A stretch of 64,000 nucleotides of DNA, taken from assembly GCA_963786105.1 (NCBI GenBank), contig CAWAXX010000023.1:96001-160000 (forward strand), given 5' to 3'. Below the pieces are notes generated by a model that searched no databases, was not told the origin of the DNA, and worked only from the letters and a program-made list of their open reading frames with translations. The DNA is from Vulcanimicrobiota bacterium. Lineage in GTDB: Bacteria; Vulcanimicrobiota; Vulcanimicrobiia; Vulcanimicrobiales; Vulcanimicrobiaceae. The translations under genes and the position numbers were made by a program. This document shows, in pieces, positions 30,704-39,130 of this stretch (within the stretch, counting starts at the first letter, position 1; every line of letters begins with the position of its first letter).

Positions 30704-32010
30704 GACGAAACGTCACCCAAGAGTTTGCGCGCGTCGTTGGCATAAACGGGGTGAAAGGTCGGGTCCGCCTTCAGAGCGGCCCGCAAGCGCTGGCGCGCTT
30801 CGCCGAAATGGCCCGTGTGCCATGCGATGACGCCGGCGTGATACTGCAGCTCAGGATCCTGCGTTCCGAGACGAGTGGCGCGCACGGCGTACGCGCGAGC
30901 GTCGCTCCAACGCTCCATCGACGCTAAAACCCAAGCCATCGTGTCGTCGGCGTAGATTTCGTCACCACGCCGCGCCAGGTCGGAGCGCGCGGCGATCAGC
31001 GCCTCCGCCGGATGCTCGTGATGCTCGGCGTAGTACATGGCTAACAGCCGGTCGTTGATGCCTTGGGCGTCGAACAGGCGTCGTTCCGCGCCGATAAGGG
31101 CATCGGTTTTCCGCGCGTCGCCGCTGCGGCCTAGGGCTCGTTGCGCGTCGACTTCGTAGCCGAGCGCCTGCGGGAGAGGATAGAGGTCGGCGCTTTGCTG
31201 CGCGGCGGCCAGCGACCGCGTCCAGTCTTGCTTGGAGCGGTAAAGTTTCGCCTCATAGAGCAGGGCGGCGGCATTCTCGGGGTAGATGCGCAGCGCTTGC
31301 GCAAACTCTCTCGACGCATTCTCGGATGCGCCGCTTTCAAACTCGATTTGTGCCAGCCTGAAGTGATACCAGGATCGCGTGTACGCAGGAACTTCGATCA
31401 TCCGATCGACGATTTGCGCTGCCCCTTCCATTTCGACGAGCGCGCCGGTTAGGTTTCCGGCGATCTCCTCGTATCGCGCTCGAACGGACATCCAGGTTGG
31501 ATTAAGGGCTTGATGGGGTCCGCTCAGGATGCGACCGGCCTCCGAATAGCGTCCCAGCTCCATGAGCAACGAGGCAGTCTGAGCGCGAGCGCCATCGTTA
31601 AAGGGCTCCGCCGTGACCGCCTGCTCCTCGAACTGCAGCGCCCGCGCAAAATGGTGTAAGGAAAGATCGCTCGACGCGATCGTTGCTAGGGCTTGAACGT
31701 TTCCTTGGGGCTGCAGCCGTAGCGACCGCACGGCTTGTACCCGAGCGCGACTGACGTCGCCCATGTCGCCGATTTCGCGAAAGCGCTGTAGATATTGCGC
31801 GGCGAGCGTGCGCGCGCTGATTTGATCCGCGGGGTCGCGCCGTACCTGATTCTCGTAGAACGAGACGAGCCGATCGCGTTCTTGGTAATCGGTCGCAATC
31901 GGCGCCGGCGGCACGGCCGCGGCCGGCGCGCGCCGCGCGCCGAACCAGGGCCATGCCGCACCGGCGAGAGCTGCCGCCACCAGGGCGACGATAGCGGCGC
32001 GGGACTTCAT
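30700..32010 (-). CDS. Membrane-anchored/secreted multi-TPR protein
   Basis: N-terminal hydrophobic segment followed by repeated TPR helices. Confidence 0.8.
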   Translation of the reverse strand: MKSRAAIVALVAAALAGAAWPWFGARRAPAAAVPPAPIATDYQERDRLVSFYENQVRRDPADQISARTLAAQYLQRFREIGDMGDVSRARVQAVRSLRLQPQGNVQALATIASSDLSLHHFARALQFEEQAVTAEPFNDGARAQTASLLMELGRYSEAGRILSGPHQALNPTWMSVRARYEEIAGNLTGALVEMEGAAQIVDRMIEVPAYTRSWYHFRLAQIEFESGASENASREFAQALRIYPENAAALLYEAKLYRSKQDWTRSLAAAQQSADLYPLPQALGYEVDAQRALGRSGDARKTDALIGAERRLFDAQGINDRLLAMYYAEHHEHPAEALIAARSDLARRGDEIYADDTMAWVLASMERWSDARAYAVRATRLGTQDPELQYHAGVIAWHTGHFGEARQRLRAALKADPTFHPVYANDARKLLGDVSS

Positions 32011-32025
32011 GCGCTGCTCCGGCCG

Positions 32026-32616
32026 TTAGATCGGAGCTTGCACGTACGGAAACGTCGACGTGTTCATTTTGTCGTACGCGACGTTGTCCGTGGTGAGACA
32101 CGGGGCTTCTTTGTGGTCGTCCGGAATGAGGCCGAGCGCCGACAGCGTGTTGCCGAACAGCGCTCCTAACGAGATGTCGATAACGTCGTCGGCAAGGGCT
32201 CGACCGCCGAACTTGCTGCCGGTCGCGCCACCGGTCTCGTACCCGAGGTACGACGCGGCCGTCGTATCTTGCGACAAGTCGACCTTCATGACGTTGGGAT
32301 AGAGCACGGCCTGCAGCGTCGCGGCCGTCTTCTCGCTACGGAAGTTCAGCGCAAACGATTTTATCTGCGACCGCAGCGTCGTATCGGCATATGGTTCGGA
32401 GCGGTTCGTCGCGTCGTGACTGGCGAAGGCTTCGAACGCCTCTTTCACAGCCGGCCGCGAAAGCAGTTCGATCTGGGTGTATTTGGTCGAACCGGGCTGC
32501 ATGGCCGGGCTCGTTGCGCCGCCGGGATTGAAACCGGCCGAGTTGGACGAGCAGCCGGCGATGATGATACCGACGGCGGCCGCGGCGCAGAGAGCGATGA
32601 TGTAACGTGGTGTCAT
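32026..32616 (-). CDS. DUF4331-like lipoprotein (C-terminal-type module)
   Basis: Lipobox IIAGC; QIELLSRPAV, GGRALADDVID and FPYV motifs. Confidence 0.7.
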   Translation of the reverse strand: MTPRYIIALCAAAAVGIIIAGCSSNSAGFNPGGATSPAMQPGSTKYTQIELLSRPAVKEAFEAFASHDATNRSEPYADTTLRSQIKSFALNFRSEKTAATLQAVLYPNVMKVDLSQDTTAASYLGYETGGATGSKFGGRALADDVIDISLGALFGNTLSALGLIPDDHKEAPCLTTDNVAYDKMNTSTFPYVQAPI

Positions 32617-32628
32617 GTGATTCTCCTC

Positions 32629-33444
32629 TTATTCCGCTTGTCCGTCGGAGGTGGCAGTTGTGGCCCAGAGTCCGATCACGCCGGGCGATCCGCTCCCGAC
32701 CAGTTTTGATTTCGGCATCTCGATCACGATCGAAATGACGTTGTAGGGTGTGAGAAAATCGCGTGGTTTCGCGATGACGCAGTGATTGGATCCGGCCGTG
32801 CCGTAATCGACGCCGTTGAGGACGATCGGCTGCGACTTCGTGGCGAAGCGGAACGACGTTGCGGTGGCAGGCGGCGGACTCGGCTGATTCTGGTAGTTTC
32901 TATCGGGAACGATTTTGAAGAACTGCGCGAGATCGAAAAAGAACGGATCGCGCCGGGGACCGACGAACACCTTGATGCTGCCGTTATCGAGCGAACTGAC
33001 CTTTCCGAAGGCGAACTGACCCGTCTTTGCGACGGTCGTATTCTTCGTTCCGATTTCGTTGGGTTTAGCTGGGCCGTAGAGCGTGATTTTTTGATCCGTC
33101 CCGGTCTTGTTCGCGGTGAACTGCAGGACCGTACTCTCGCGGTAATTGCCGCTTGCAACGCCGCCGGCAATCTTGAACTGATAGAGCACGTTAGGGTCGA
33201 GCGCGATGCCTCCGGTCATGCCGGAGGGAATTAACGGGCGTACGTTCATCACCAGAGCGACTTTACCGGCGTCCTGCGGATCCGGAAAAGCGAAGACGTC
33301 GGTGACGTCGGCGAGGGGATTGGAAACGACGGTAGGCGAGTCTTGGTGATCGGATCCCCGCGCCGCTTTGAACGAGTATAGCGAAATCGAGAATGCGAGC
33401 AAGAAGACTGCTACCATTGGGATAGTAGCGCGAAGCAGTCTCAT
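32629..33444 (-). CDS. DUF4331-like secreted protein (N-terminal-type module)
   Basis: Signal peptide then SDHQDSP; DVTDVFAF, FVGPRRDPFFFD and NVISIVIE motifs. Confidence 0.75.
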   Translation of the reverse strand: MRLLRATIPMVAVFLLAFSISLYSFKAARGSDHQDSPTVVSNPLADVTDVFAFPDPQDAGKVALVMNVRPLIPSGMTGGIALDPNVLYQFKIAGGVASGNYRESTVLQFTANKTGTDQKITLYGPAKPNEIGTKNTTVAKTGQFAFGKVSSLDNGSIKVFVGPRRDPFFFDLAQFFKIVPDRNYQNQPSPPPATATSFRFATKSQPIVLNGVDYGTAGSNHCVIAKPRDFLTPYNVISIVIEMPKSKLVGSGSPGVIGLWATTATSDGQAE

Positions 33445-33499
33445 GGGAACTCCTTTGGAATGGGTGAGCGGCTATTTGACCGCGGGATACGAGTGAGGG

Positions 33500-35020
33500 T
33501 CATGCCGTTTGCACTTTTTGCATACGGTACAGGGGTACGAGCGCGACGAGAACGATGAGGGCTAGAATGCATCCGACGACCGCGAACGGCGGCAGCGCCA
33601 CACCTTGGGCCGCAAGGCCCTGTGCCAGCATCGTCGCGCCGATGATCGAAATCACCGAGCCCGTGACGATAGGGGCAATCCGAGCGACGGCGGCAAATCC
33701 GCTGCGCCGTTGCAGCCACGTCGCGCCGCGTACGACCGCGAGCCCGAGCCCCGTGAGGATCGCCGCGAGGCCCAGGCTGAAGACGATGATGATGAAGAGC
33801 CCGTATCCGACCCGGTGAGCGTGCAGCGCCGTCAGCAGGACGACGATCGCGGCGGGGCACGGGGCAATCCCACCGCTCATCGCGGCGGCGACGGCGCTGG
33901 AGAAATGCAGCGGTTTCGTGCCCGGAATGACGTGCGCGTGCGCGTGTTCCGGTGCGTCGTGATCGTGATGGCGGTCACGACCGTGATGGCGATCGCCGGA
34001 ATGGCGGCCGGCGGACTCGTGCACGTGGGAGCCGGGCGTCGAACGGCCTAACGCGCGCGAAACGCTCCGCGCACCGATCGCTGCGACGACCATGCCGGAG
34101 ATCAGCGTAATCCAGGTAAAGATGGATTCCGGTGCAAAGCCGGCGACGAAGAAGAGCAGCAGCCCCAAGACGACGACGGCGACCGTGTGCGCAAAAGTCA
34201 GCGCCGCGGCCAGGATAAAGGCTTGTTTGAAGGTCGCACGCGCGCCGACCAGGGTGAACGCGAGCAAGGCTTTTCCATGACCGGGTTCGAGCCCGTGCAA
34301 CGCGCCGAGTCCGAACGCGGCCAGCACGGTGAGAAAGGCGAACAGCGGCGTTCCGTCGTTGCGGGCAAACAAGTCGGACAGCGCCGAGGAGCGCACCACC
34401 GAGGCTGCCCCCCACGGATCCGGCGTTTCGCCCGTTACCGCCGCCCGCGATATCCGGGCGTTTGCGAAATCGAATGACGCTCGATCGTTATGGCGAGGCG
34501 AACCGATCGACGCGTTGGGGTAGGATCGCAACCCATTCGTGGGATCTGGAATTCCGGGGAGAATGATGTCTCTCCATCCGACACGCCGGTCCGCGTACAC
34601 GCGATCTTCGATCGTGACGGTCGCGCGCGAAGGGATGGTCGCCGAGTACGTGCCGATCCAGTACAGCGTCGGCAAGCCGCCCGCACCGGGCCGCGTTATC
34701 GCGTAAGCGTTTCCCAGTACGAGCGAGACGGGCGCGCCGTTAGCCTCGATTGCGAGTCCTTCGGTAACGCGCGTCGCTTCATCGGCGATCCAGGCACGCA
34801 TTTGTGCGTTCGACCAATCCTCGCTCGCGTGCATGATCTGAAACGTCGGAATCTCGGCGATGTCGAGAACGTAGCGGATTCGGAGTTTGCCCGTATCCGG
34901 CGTTACGACGGCCAGATGGTTGATCGTAAAATTTCCGAGTGGGTGCGCTGCGACCCGGGCGGCGGTCAGCACGCAAAGTATCACCCACAGCGCGGCAAAC
35001 CGCGACCCTCGATTTATCAC
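33500..35020 (-). CDS. RcnA-like Ni/Co transporter fused to an N-terminal periplasmic domain
   Basis: Signal peptide then HPLGNFTINH; GALHGLEPGHGK; His-rich loop; IAPCPAA. Confidence 0.8.
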   Translation of the reverse strand: MINRGSRFAALWVILCVLTAARVAAHPLGNFTINHLAVVTPDTGKLRIRYVLDIAEIPTFQIMHASEDWSNAQMRAWIADEATRVTEGLAIEANGAPVSLVLGNAYAITRPGAGGLPTLYWIGTYSATIPSRATVTIEDRVYADRRVGWRDIILPGIPDPTNGLRSYPNASIGSPRHNDRASFDFANARISRAAVTGETPDPWGAASVVRSSALSDLFARNDGTPLFAFLTVLAAFGLGALHGLEPGHGKALLAFTLVGARATFKQAFILAAALTFAHTVAVVVLGLLLFFVAGFAPESIFTWITLISGMVVAAIGARSVSRALGRSTPGSHVHESAGRHSGDRHHGRDRHHDHDAPEHAHAHVIPGTKPLHFSSAVAAAMSGGIAPCPAAIVVLLTALHAHRVGYGLFIIIVFSLGLAAILTGLGLAVVRGATWLQRRSGFAAVARIAPIVTGSVISIIGATMLAQGLAAQGVALPPFAVVGCILALIVLVALVPLYRMQKVQTA

Positions 35021-35134
35021 GTCGTTCCTCAGGCAGTCGTTGTAAAGCCTCGACGTATAGACGGCCGAAGGGCGCCCTTGGATTTAGCGTTCGAAAAAAA
35101 GTTTTTTGCACGCCGCACGAATCCAACCAACCGA

Positions 35135-36247
35135 ATGAAACTCTGGCAGATTCTCGCCGTCGTCGGCCTCGGAATCGCATACGGCGTCGTCGAGCCAGGC
35201 CGCTTCACGTATGCACTCGGCCATGCGACCTTGTACGTCTTCTTACCGCCGTTGCTCTTCGAGGCCGCTTGGAATCTCAATTACAAAGCGATCGTGCGGC
35301 AGTGGCCGGCGATCGCGACGTTGGCCGGACCCGGGGTGGTGTTGACCGCGCTGATCGTCGCCGGGGCGCTCGCCGTCGTGCGCGTTCCGTTCGGTCCCGG
35401 TTTATTGGCCGGTGCGATCCTGTCCGCCACCGATCCCATTGCAGTAGTAGCCGTGTTCCGGCGAATTCGCGTGCCGAAAACGCTGGCGACGATCGTCGAG
35501 TGCGAATCGCTCTTCAACGATGCCGTCGCCGTCATGCTCTATCGAATCGTTCTCGCAGCACTCGCCTTGGGGGCGGTCGGCCCGGGCCTCATCGGCCGCG
35601 TCGTCGTGCAAGGCGCGGCCGGAGCGTTCGGCGGCGTCGCCTGCGGCGTGGCGATCGCCTTCCTCGCCGCTCGCGCGTTGAGAGGGCGCCAAGACGTCGC
35701 GTTGCAGATCGCCACTACCTCGGTCGTAGCCTACGGTGCCTACTTTGCTGCCGATGCCTTGTCGCTCTCAGGCATCTTTGCGAGCATCGCCGGCGGCATC
35801 GCGCTTCGCTACTACGAGCGCCGATGGATCACGCTGAGCATTGCTGAGGACGTCAACCGATTCTGGGATTTGGCCGCGCTCGTCGCCAACGTGCTGGTCT
35901 TTTTCTTAGTGGGGGCGGCGTTGCAAGTCGGCGAATTGGCGCGCGAGCCGGCCTTCGTGATTGCGGCGCTGGTGGCGATCGCCGTCTCGCGCGTCGTCGT
36001 CGCAGGATTGCTGTTACCGGCCGGCTATCCGCGTGCCTGGCTCGACGTTATCCGGCTCGCCGGAATGCGCGGCGCCCTTTCGCTGGCGCTGGCGCTGGCG
36101 CTTCCATCAAGCGTTCCGTATCGTCAGGCCATCATCGATGCAACGTTCGCCGTCGCGCTGGCGACGCTCGCCGCGAGCAGTCTTACCGTTGCGCGCGTCG
36201 TGCGCCGAGCGGGGCGCGCGTCAGAACGTCCGTCCTTGATGCAGTAG
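35135..36247 (+). CDS. CPA1 family cation:proton antiporter
   Basis: FLPPLLFEAA, SATDPIAV, ECESLFNDA and GMRGALS motifs. Confidence 0.9.
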   Translation: MKLWQILAVVGLGIAYGVVEPGRFTYALGHATLYVFLPPLLFEAAWNLNYKAIVRQWPAIATLAGPGVVLTALIVAGALAVVRVPFGPGLLAGAILSATDPIAVVAVFRRIRVPKTLATIVECESLFNDAVAVMLYRIVLAALALGAVGPGLIGRVVVQGAAGAFGGVACGVAIAFLAARALRGRQDVALQIATTSVVAYGAYFAADALSLSGIFASIAGGIALRYYERRWITLSIAEDVNRFWDLAALVANVLVFFLVGAALQVGELAREPAFVIAALVAIAVSRVVVAGLLLPAGYPRAWLDVIRLAGMRGALSLALALALPSSVPYRQAIIDATFAVALATLAASSLTVARVVRRAGRASERPSLMQ

Positions 36248-37912
36248 CACTTGTTCGGCGATCGGACCGAGACCGTCGGCCGGCAAAAACGTGAGCGCTC
36301 CGACGAGCAGGATCACCGCGATCAGCAATACCCCAAAGAGCAGGTTGTCGGTGCGGAACGTTCCCGCCGGCTTGGTATTCGTCGGGCGTCGCGCGAGCGC
36401 TGCGGCGAGCGCGAGCGTGGGAACCATCACCAGGAAGCGCCCGCCGAGCATCACGATTCCGGTCGTAATCTCGTAAAAGAGGTTCGGTCCGAGGCCCGCG
36501 AATGCGGAGCCGTTTTGCGTTGCGGTCGAGGAGAACGCATACAGGATCTCCGAGAATCCATGCGGCCCGGCGTTGCCGAGCGTGGAGAGACCGGCGGGAA
36601 GAACGGCGGCGATTGCAACCGGAATGAGGACGAGGACCGTAAACATGAGCACGGCGAGCATCGCGAACTGTATCTTGCGGCGTTCGATCTTCTTTCCGAG
36701 ATACTCCGGCGTGCGGCCGACCAGCAGCCCGCAAATGAAGACCGTAAGTACGGCGAACACGAGCATGCCGTACAACCCGCTGCCGACGCCGCCGAACACG
36801 ATCTCGGAGAACTGAAGATTGAGCATGGCCAGCAATCTCGCGATCGGCGTCAACGAATCGAAGGTGAAGTTCGAAGAGCCCGTACCGGAGTCGGTGGCAA
36901 CGGCCAGCGATAGTCCGGCATTCTCGATGCCGAATCGCGCTTCTTTGCCCTCGAAGTTACCGCCGCCGACGCCAAGCGCGTGAACCAGCGGGTTGCCGGC
37001 CTGTTCGGCAAGCTGCGCGCCCGCGAACGATGCCGCCACAAGAACGATCATAACGCACAGCAGGACGGTTCCGGCGCGCGGTTTACCCACCATGCGCCCG
37101 AAGAGCGGCGGAAAAGCGGCGGGGATAATCCAAATCGCGAGCAGTTCGAGGAAGTTGGAAATGCCCGTCGGGTTTTCGTTGGGAGACGACGAGTTCGCGT
37201 TGACGAATCCACCCCCGTTACCGCCCAAGAGTTTCGGAGCCTCCTGCGAAGCCATCGGACCGCCCGTGATGCTCGCAACGAAACGTTCGGCATTGGTGGC
37301 CGCTACGTACCGCGAGAAGTTCTGTGGGATTCCTTGCGACGCGAACGCGAACGCGGACACGACGCACAGCGGAAGAAGCACGTACAGGAGGCCGCGCACG
37401 ACGTCGACCCAGAAGTTCCCCAGCGTTTTGCGCGAGCTTCGTGCGAAGCCCCGAATGACGGCTACGCCGACCGCAAGTCCGATGGCACCGGCGACGAAAT
37501 TTTGCCAAGCCATTCCTGCCATTTGAGCCAGGTAGCTGTGAGCGTTCTCTCCGGCGAAAAATTGCCAGTCCGTGGTGGTTGCGAAGCTGACGGCGGCGTT
37601 CCACGCGAGGTCGGGCGATATGTTGGGAAAGTGCTGCGGATTGAGCGGCAGCCACGCCTGCGTGCGTAGAATGACGTAGAGCACGGCTGTGCCGGCCATA
37701 GAGAGGGCGATCGCGCTCAAGGCGTATTCGCTCCAAGCCATTTCAACGTCGGGATCGATTCCGCACAAGCGGTAGATGACGCGCTCCAAAGGCTGGAGAG
37801 CCGGGCTCAACCAGGTTTGACGCCCCTCAAAGACTGCTTGCATGTGCCTGGCGAGCGGGTGCGCGAGCAGCAACACCACCGCGAGAAGGATCGACGCGTT
37901 AAGCCAGGCCAT
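36221..37912 (-). CDS. kdpA: KdpA paralogue (divergent second copy)
   Basis: Collinear with 39131-40831 ([30 protein letters not shown]); filter motifs altered. Confidence 0.92.
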   Translation of the reverse strand: MAWLNASILLAVVLLLAHPLARHMQAVFEGRQTWLSPALQPLERVIYRLCGIDPDVEMAWSEYALSAIALSMAGTAVLYVILRTQAWLPLNPQHFPNISPDLAWNAAVSFATTTDWQFFAGENAHSYLAQMAGMAWQNFVAGAIGLAVGVAVIRGFARSSRKTLGNFWVDVVRGLLYVLLPLCVVSAFAFASQGIPQNFSRYVAATNAERFVASITGGPMASQEAPKLLGGNGGGFVNANSSSPNENPTGISNFLELLAIWIIPAAFPPLFGRMVGKPRAGTVLLCVMIVLVAASFAGAQLAEQAGNPLVHALGVGGGNFEGKEARFGIENAGLSLAVATDSGTGSSNFTFDSLTPIARLLAMLNLQFSEIVFGGVGSGLYGMLVFAVLTVFICGLLVGRTPEYLGKKIERRKIQFAMLAVLMFTVLVLIPVAIAAVLPAGLSTLGNAGPHGFSEILYAFSSTATQNGSAFAGLGPNLFYEITTGIVMLGGRFLVMVPTLALAAALARRPTNTKPAGTFRTDNLLFGVLLIAVILLVGALTFLPADGLGPIAEQVLLHQGRTF

Positions 37913-37931
37913 CGCGACGAGACTCCTTCGA

Positions 37932-38807
37932 TCAGTTCATGAACGACAGGCCGGCGCCGACGTAGTGTTGCTGTTGACCGTTTATCACCGTCGGCGAAAA
38001 GCCGTATTCCACGTCGAACTGTACGTGCGGGCCGAAATCGCGCTGATATACGAAATCGAAGAAACTCTTGGAACCTAGGTTCGGCCCGGCCTGTGAGAAG
38101 TAGGCGTACTCGGCACTGATTTGCGACGGACCGCCGGGCAGGGCGGCGCTCAGCTCGAGCGTCGGCGTGAACGCAAAGTATGACTGCGGAACGCCGCCGC
38201 TGTTAAATGCGCTGAACGCGTTGAAGCCGAGGGTGCCCGACAACGCAAACTCGGAGTTGATCGTATAGGCCCAGTTGAAGTTTCCAGTATATTGGGCGTT
38301 GCCCGCGCTAAATGCGGTGGCACCCGTCGGAATCGTCACGACCGCGTTGACTCCCCAGTCGGCCTTCGACGTGTAGCCGAGCTCGTACTTTGCGCCGATG
38401 CTCAAATCGCTCATTCCGCCTACGGCAACCCCGCCGACGGACGAGCGATTTTCGGTAATCGGACCGACCTCGAAATCGAGGTGGTTGTCGTAGGTTCCGA
38501 CTCGAATCAGCGACTGAGGATAGGCGGACGTATTGCCTCCGCCGGAGCCCGTCGTAACCGTGTTCGTGTAACCATTCTCAATAGCGAAGTGGCCGGAGCG
38601 CACCGTGCAAACGCCGGTACCGAAGGTTGGCCGATTGATGATGGAGAGAATCGATCCGCACGGATCGCTCGGTGCAGACGGGGTGGCCGTCGGAGCGGGC
38701 GACGGTGCCGGAGTGGCCGGCATGGGCTGCGCGTTGGCCGAGACGGCCATCAGTGCCGGCGTTCCAAGAAAAAAGGCTAGTGCGAGGACGTGTCCGGCGG
38801 CGATCAT
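37932..38807 (-). CDS. Putative outer-membrane beta-barrel transporter
   Basis: Signal peptide, Pro/Thr linker, amphipathic strands (DLSIGAKY, VTIPTG, QFDVEYG), C-terminal YVGAGLSF. Confidence 0.65.
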   Translation of the reverse strand: MIAAGHVLALAFFLGTPALMAVSANAQPMPATPAPSPAPTATPSAPSDPCGSILSIINRPTFGTGVCTVRSGHFAIENGYTNTVTTGSGGGNTSAYPQSLIRVGTYDNHLDFEVGPITENRSSVGGVAVGGMSDLSIGAKYELGYTSKADWGVNAVVTIPTGATAFSAGNAQYTGNFNWAYTINSEFALSGTLGFNAFSAFNSGGVPQSYFAFTPTLELSAALPGGPSQISAEYAYFSQAGPNLGSKSFFDFVYQRDFGPHVQFDVEYGFSPTVINGQQQHYVGAGLSFMN

Positions 38808-38868
38808 GGTTCGGCTCCAAAAAAGACGGCTTGGCGTGGATATCCTACCTCAGCTTAGCTTCCTGTCA

Positions 38869-38900
38869 ATCATCCATTCGGATCATCCGTTCGGCGGATG
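38869..38900. promoter_or_regulatory. Candidate regulator binding site between kdp and kdpA2 units
   Basis: Tandem ATCATCCATTCGG / ATCATCCGTTCGG and inverted CATCCG...CGGATG. Confidence 0.45.
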
Positions 38901-38937
38901 GCACGAGCGAGGGCGGGCGACGTATCCTGAGAACGTC

Positions 38938-39021
38938 ATGATTGAGATCGGAGTCATCGTCCTTTCGGTTGTCTGTTTCATCGTTCTCGATTTATACGTA
39001 CTCGGATGCGAGAAGGTGTAG
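38938..39021 (+). CDS. Small single-TM peptide upstream of kdpF (27 aa)
   Basis: MIEIGVIVLSVVCFIVLDLYVLGCEKV; ends 4 nt before kdpF. Confidence 0.65.
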   Translation: MIEIGVIVLSVVCFIVLDLYVLGCEKV

Positions 39022-39025
39022 GCAC

Positions 39026-39115
39026 GTGCCATTCGACGACGTGCTGGGACTCGTACTTACCATCGCCGGCCTCGCGTATCTCGTATTTGCGATGCTGCGT
39101 CCCGAGAAGTTCTAA
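39026..39115 (+). CDS. kdpF: K+-transporting ATPase subunit F (absent from ORF track)
   Basis: VPFDDVLGLVLTIAGLAYLVFAMLRPEKF; C-terminal YL..A.L.PEKF signature; directly before kdpA. Confidence 0.92.
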   Translation: MPFDDVLGLVLTIAGLAYLVFAMLRPEKF

Positions 39116-39130
39116 GAGCAGGAATCCACT

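Noticed and set aside
36221..36247. 27-nt 3' overlap of CPA1 and kdpA2 (also 5762-5775)
   Set aside because: Short convergent overlaps are common in compact genomes; no evidence of function
38808..38937. c-di-AMP riboswitch upstream of kdp
   Set aside because: No recognisable ydaO consensus, and the region is short and shared by divergent promoters
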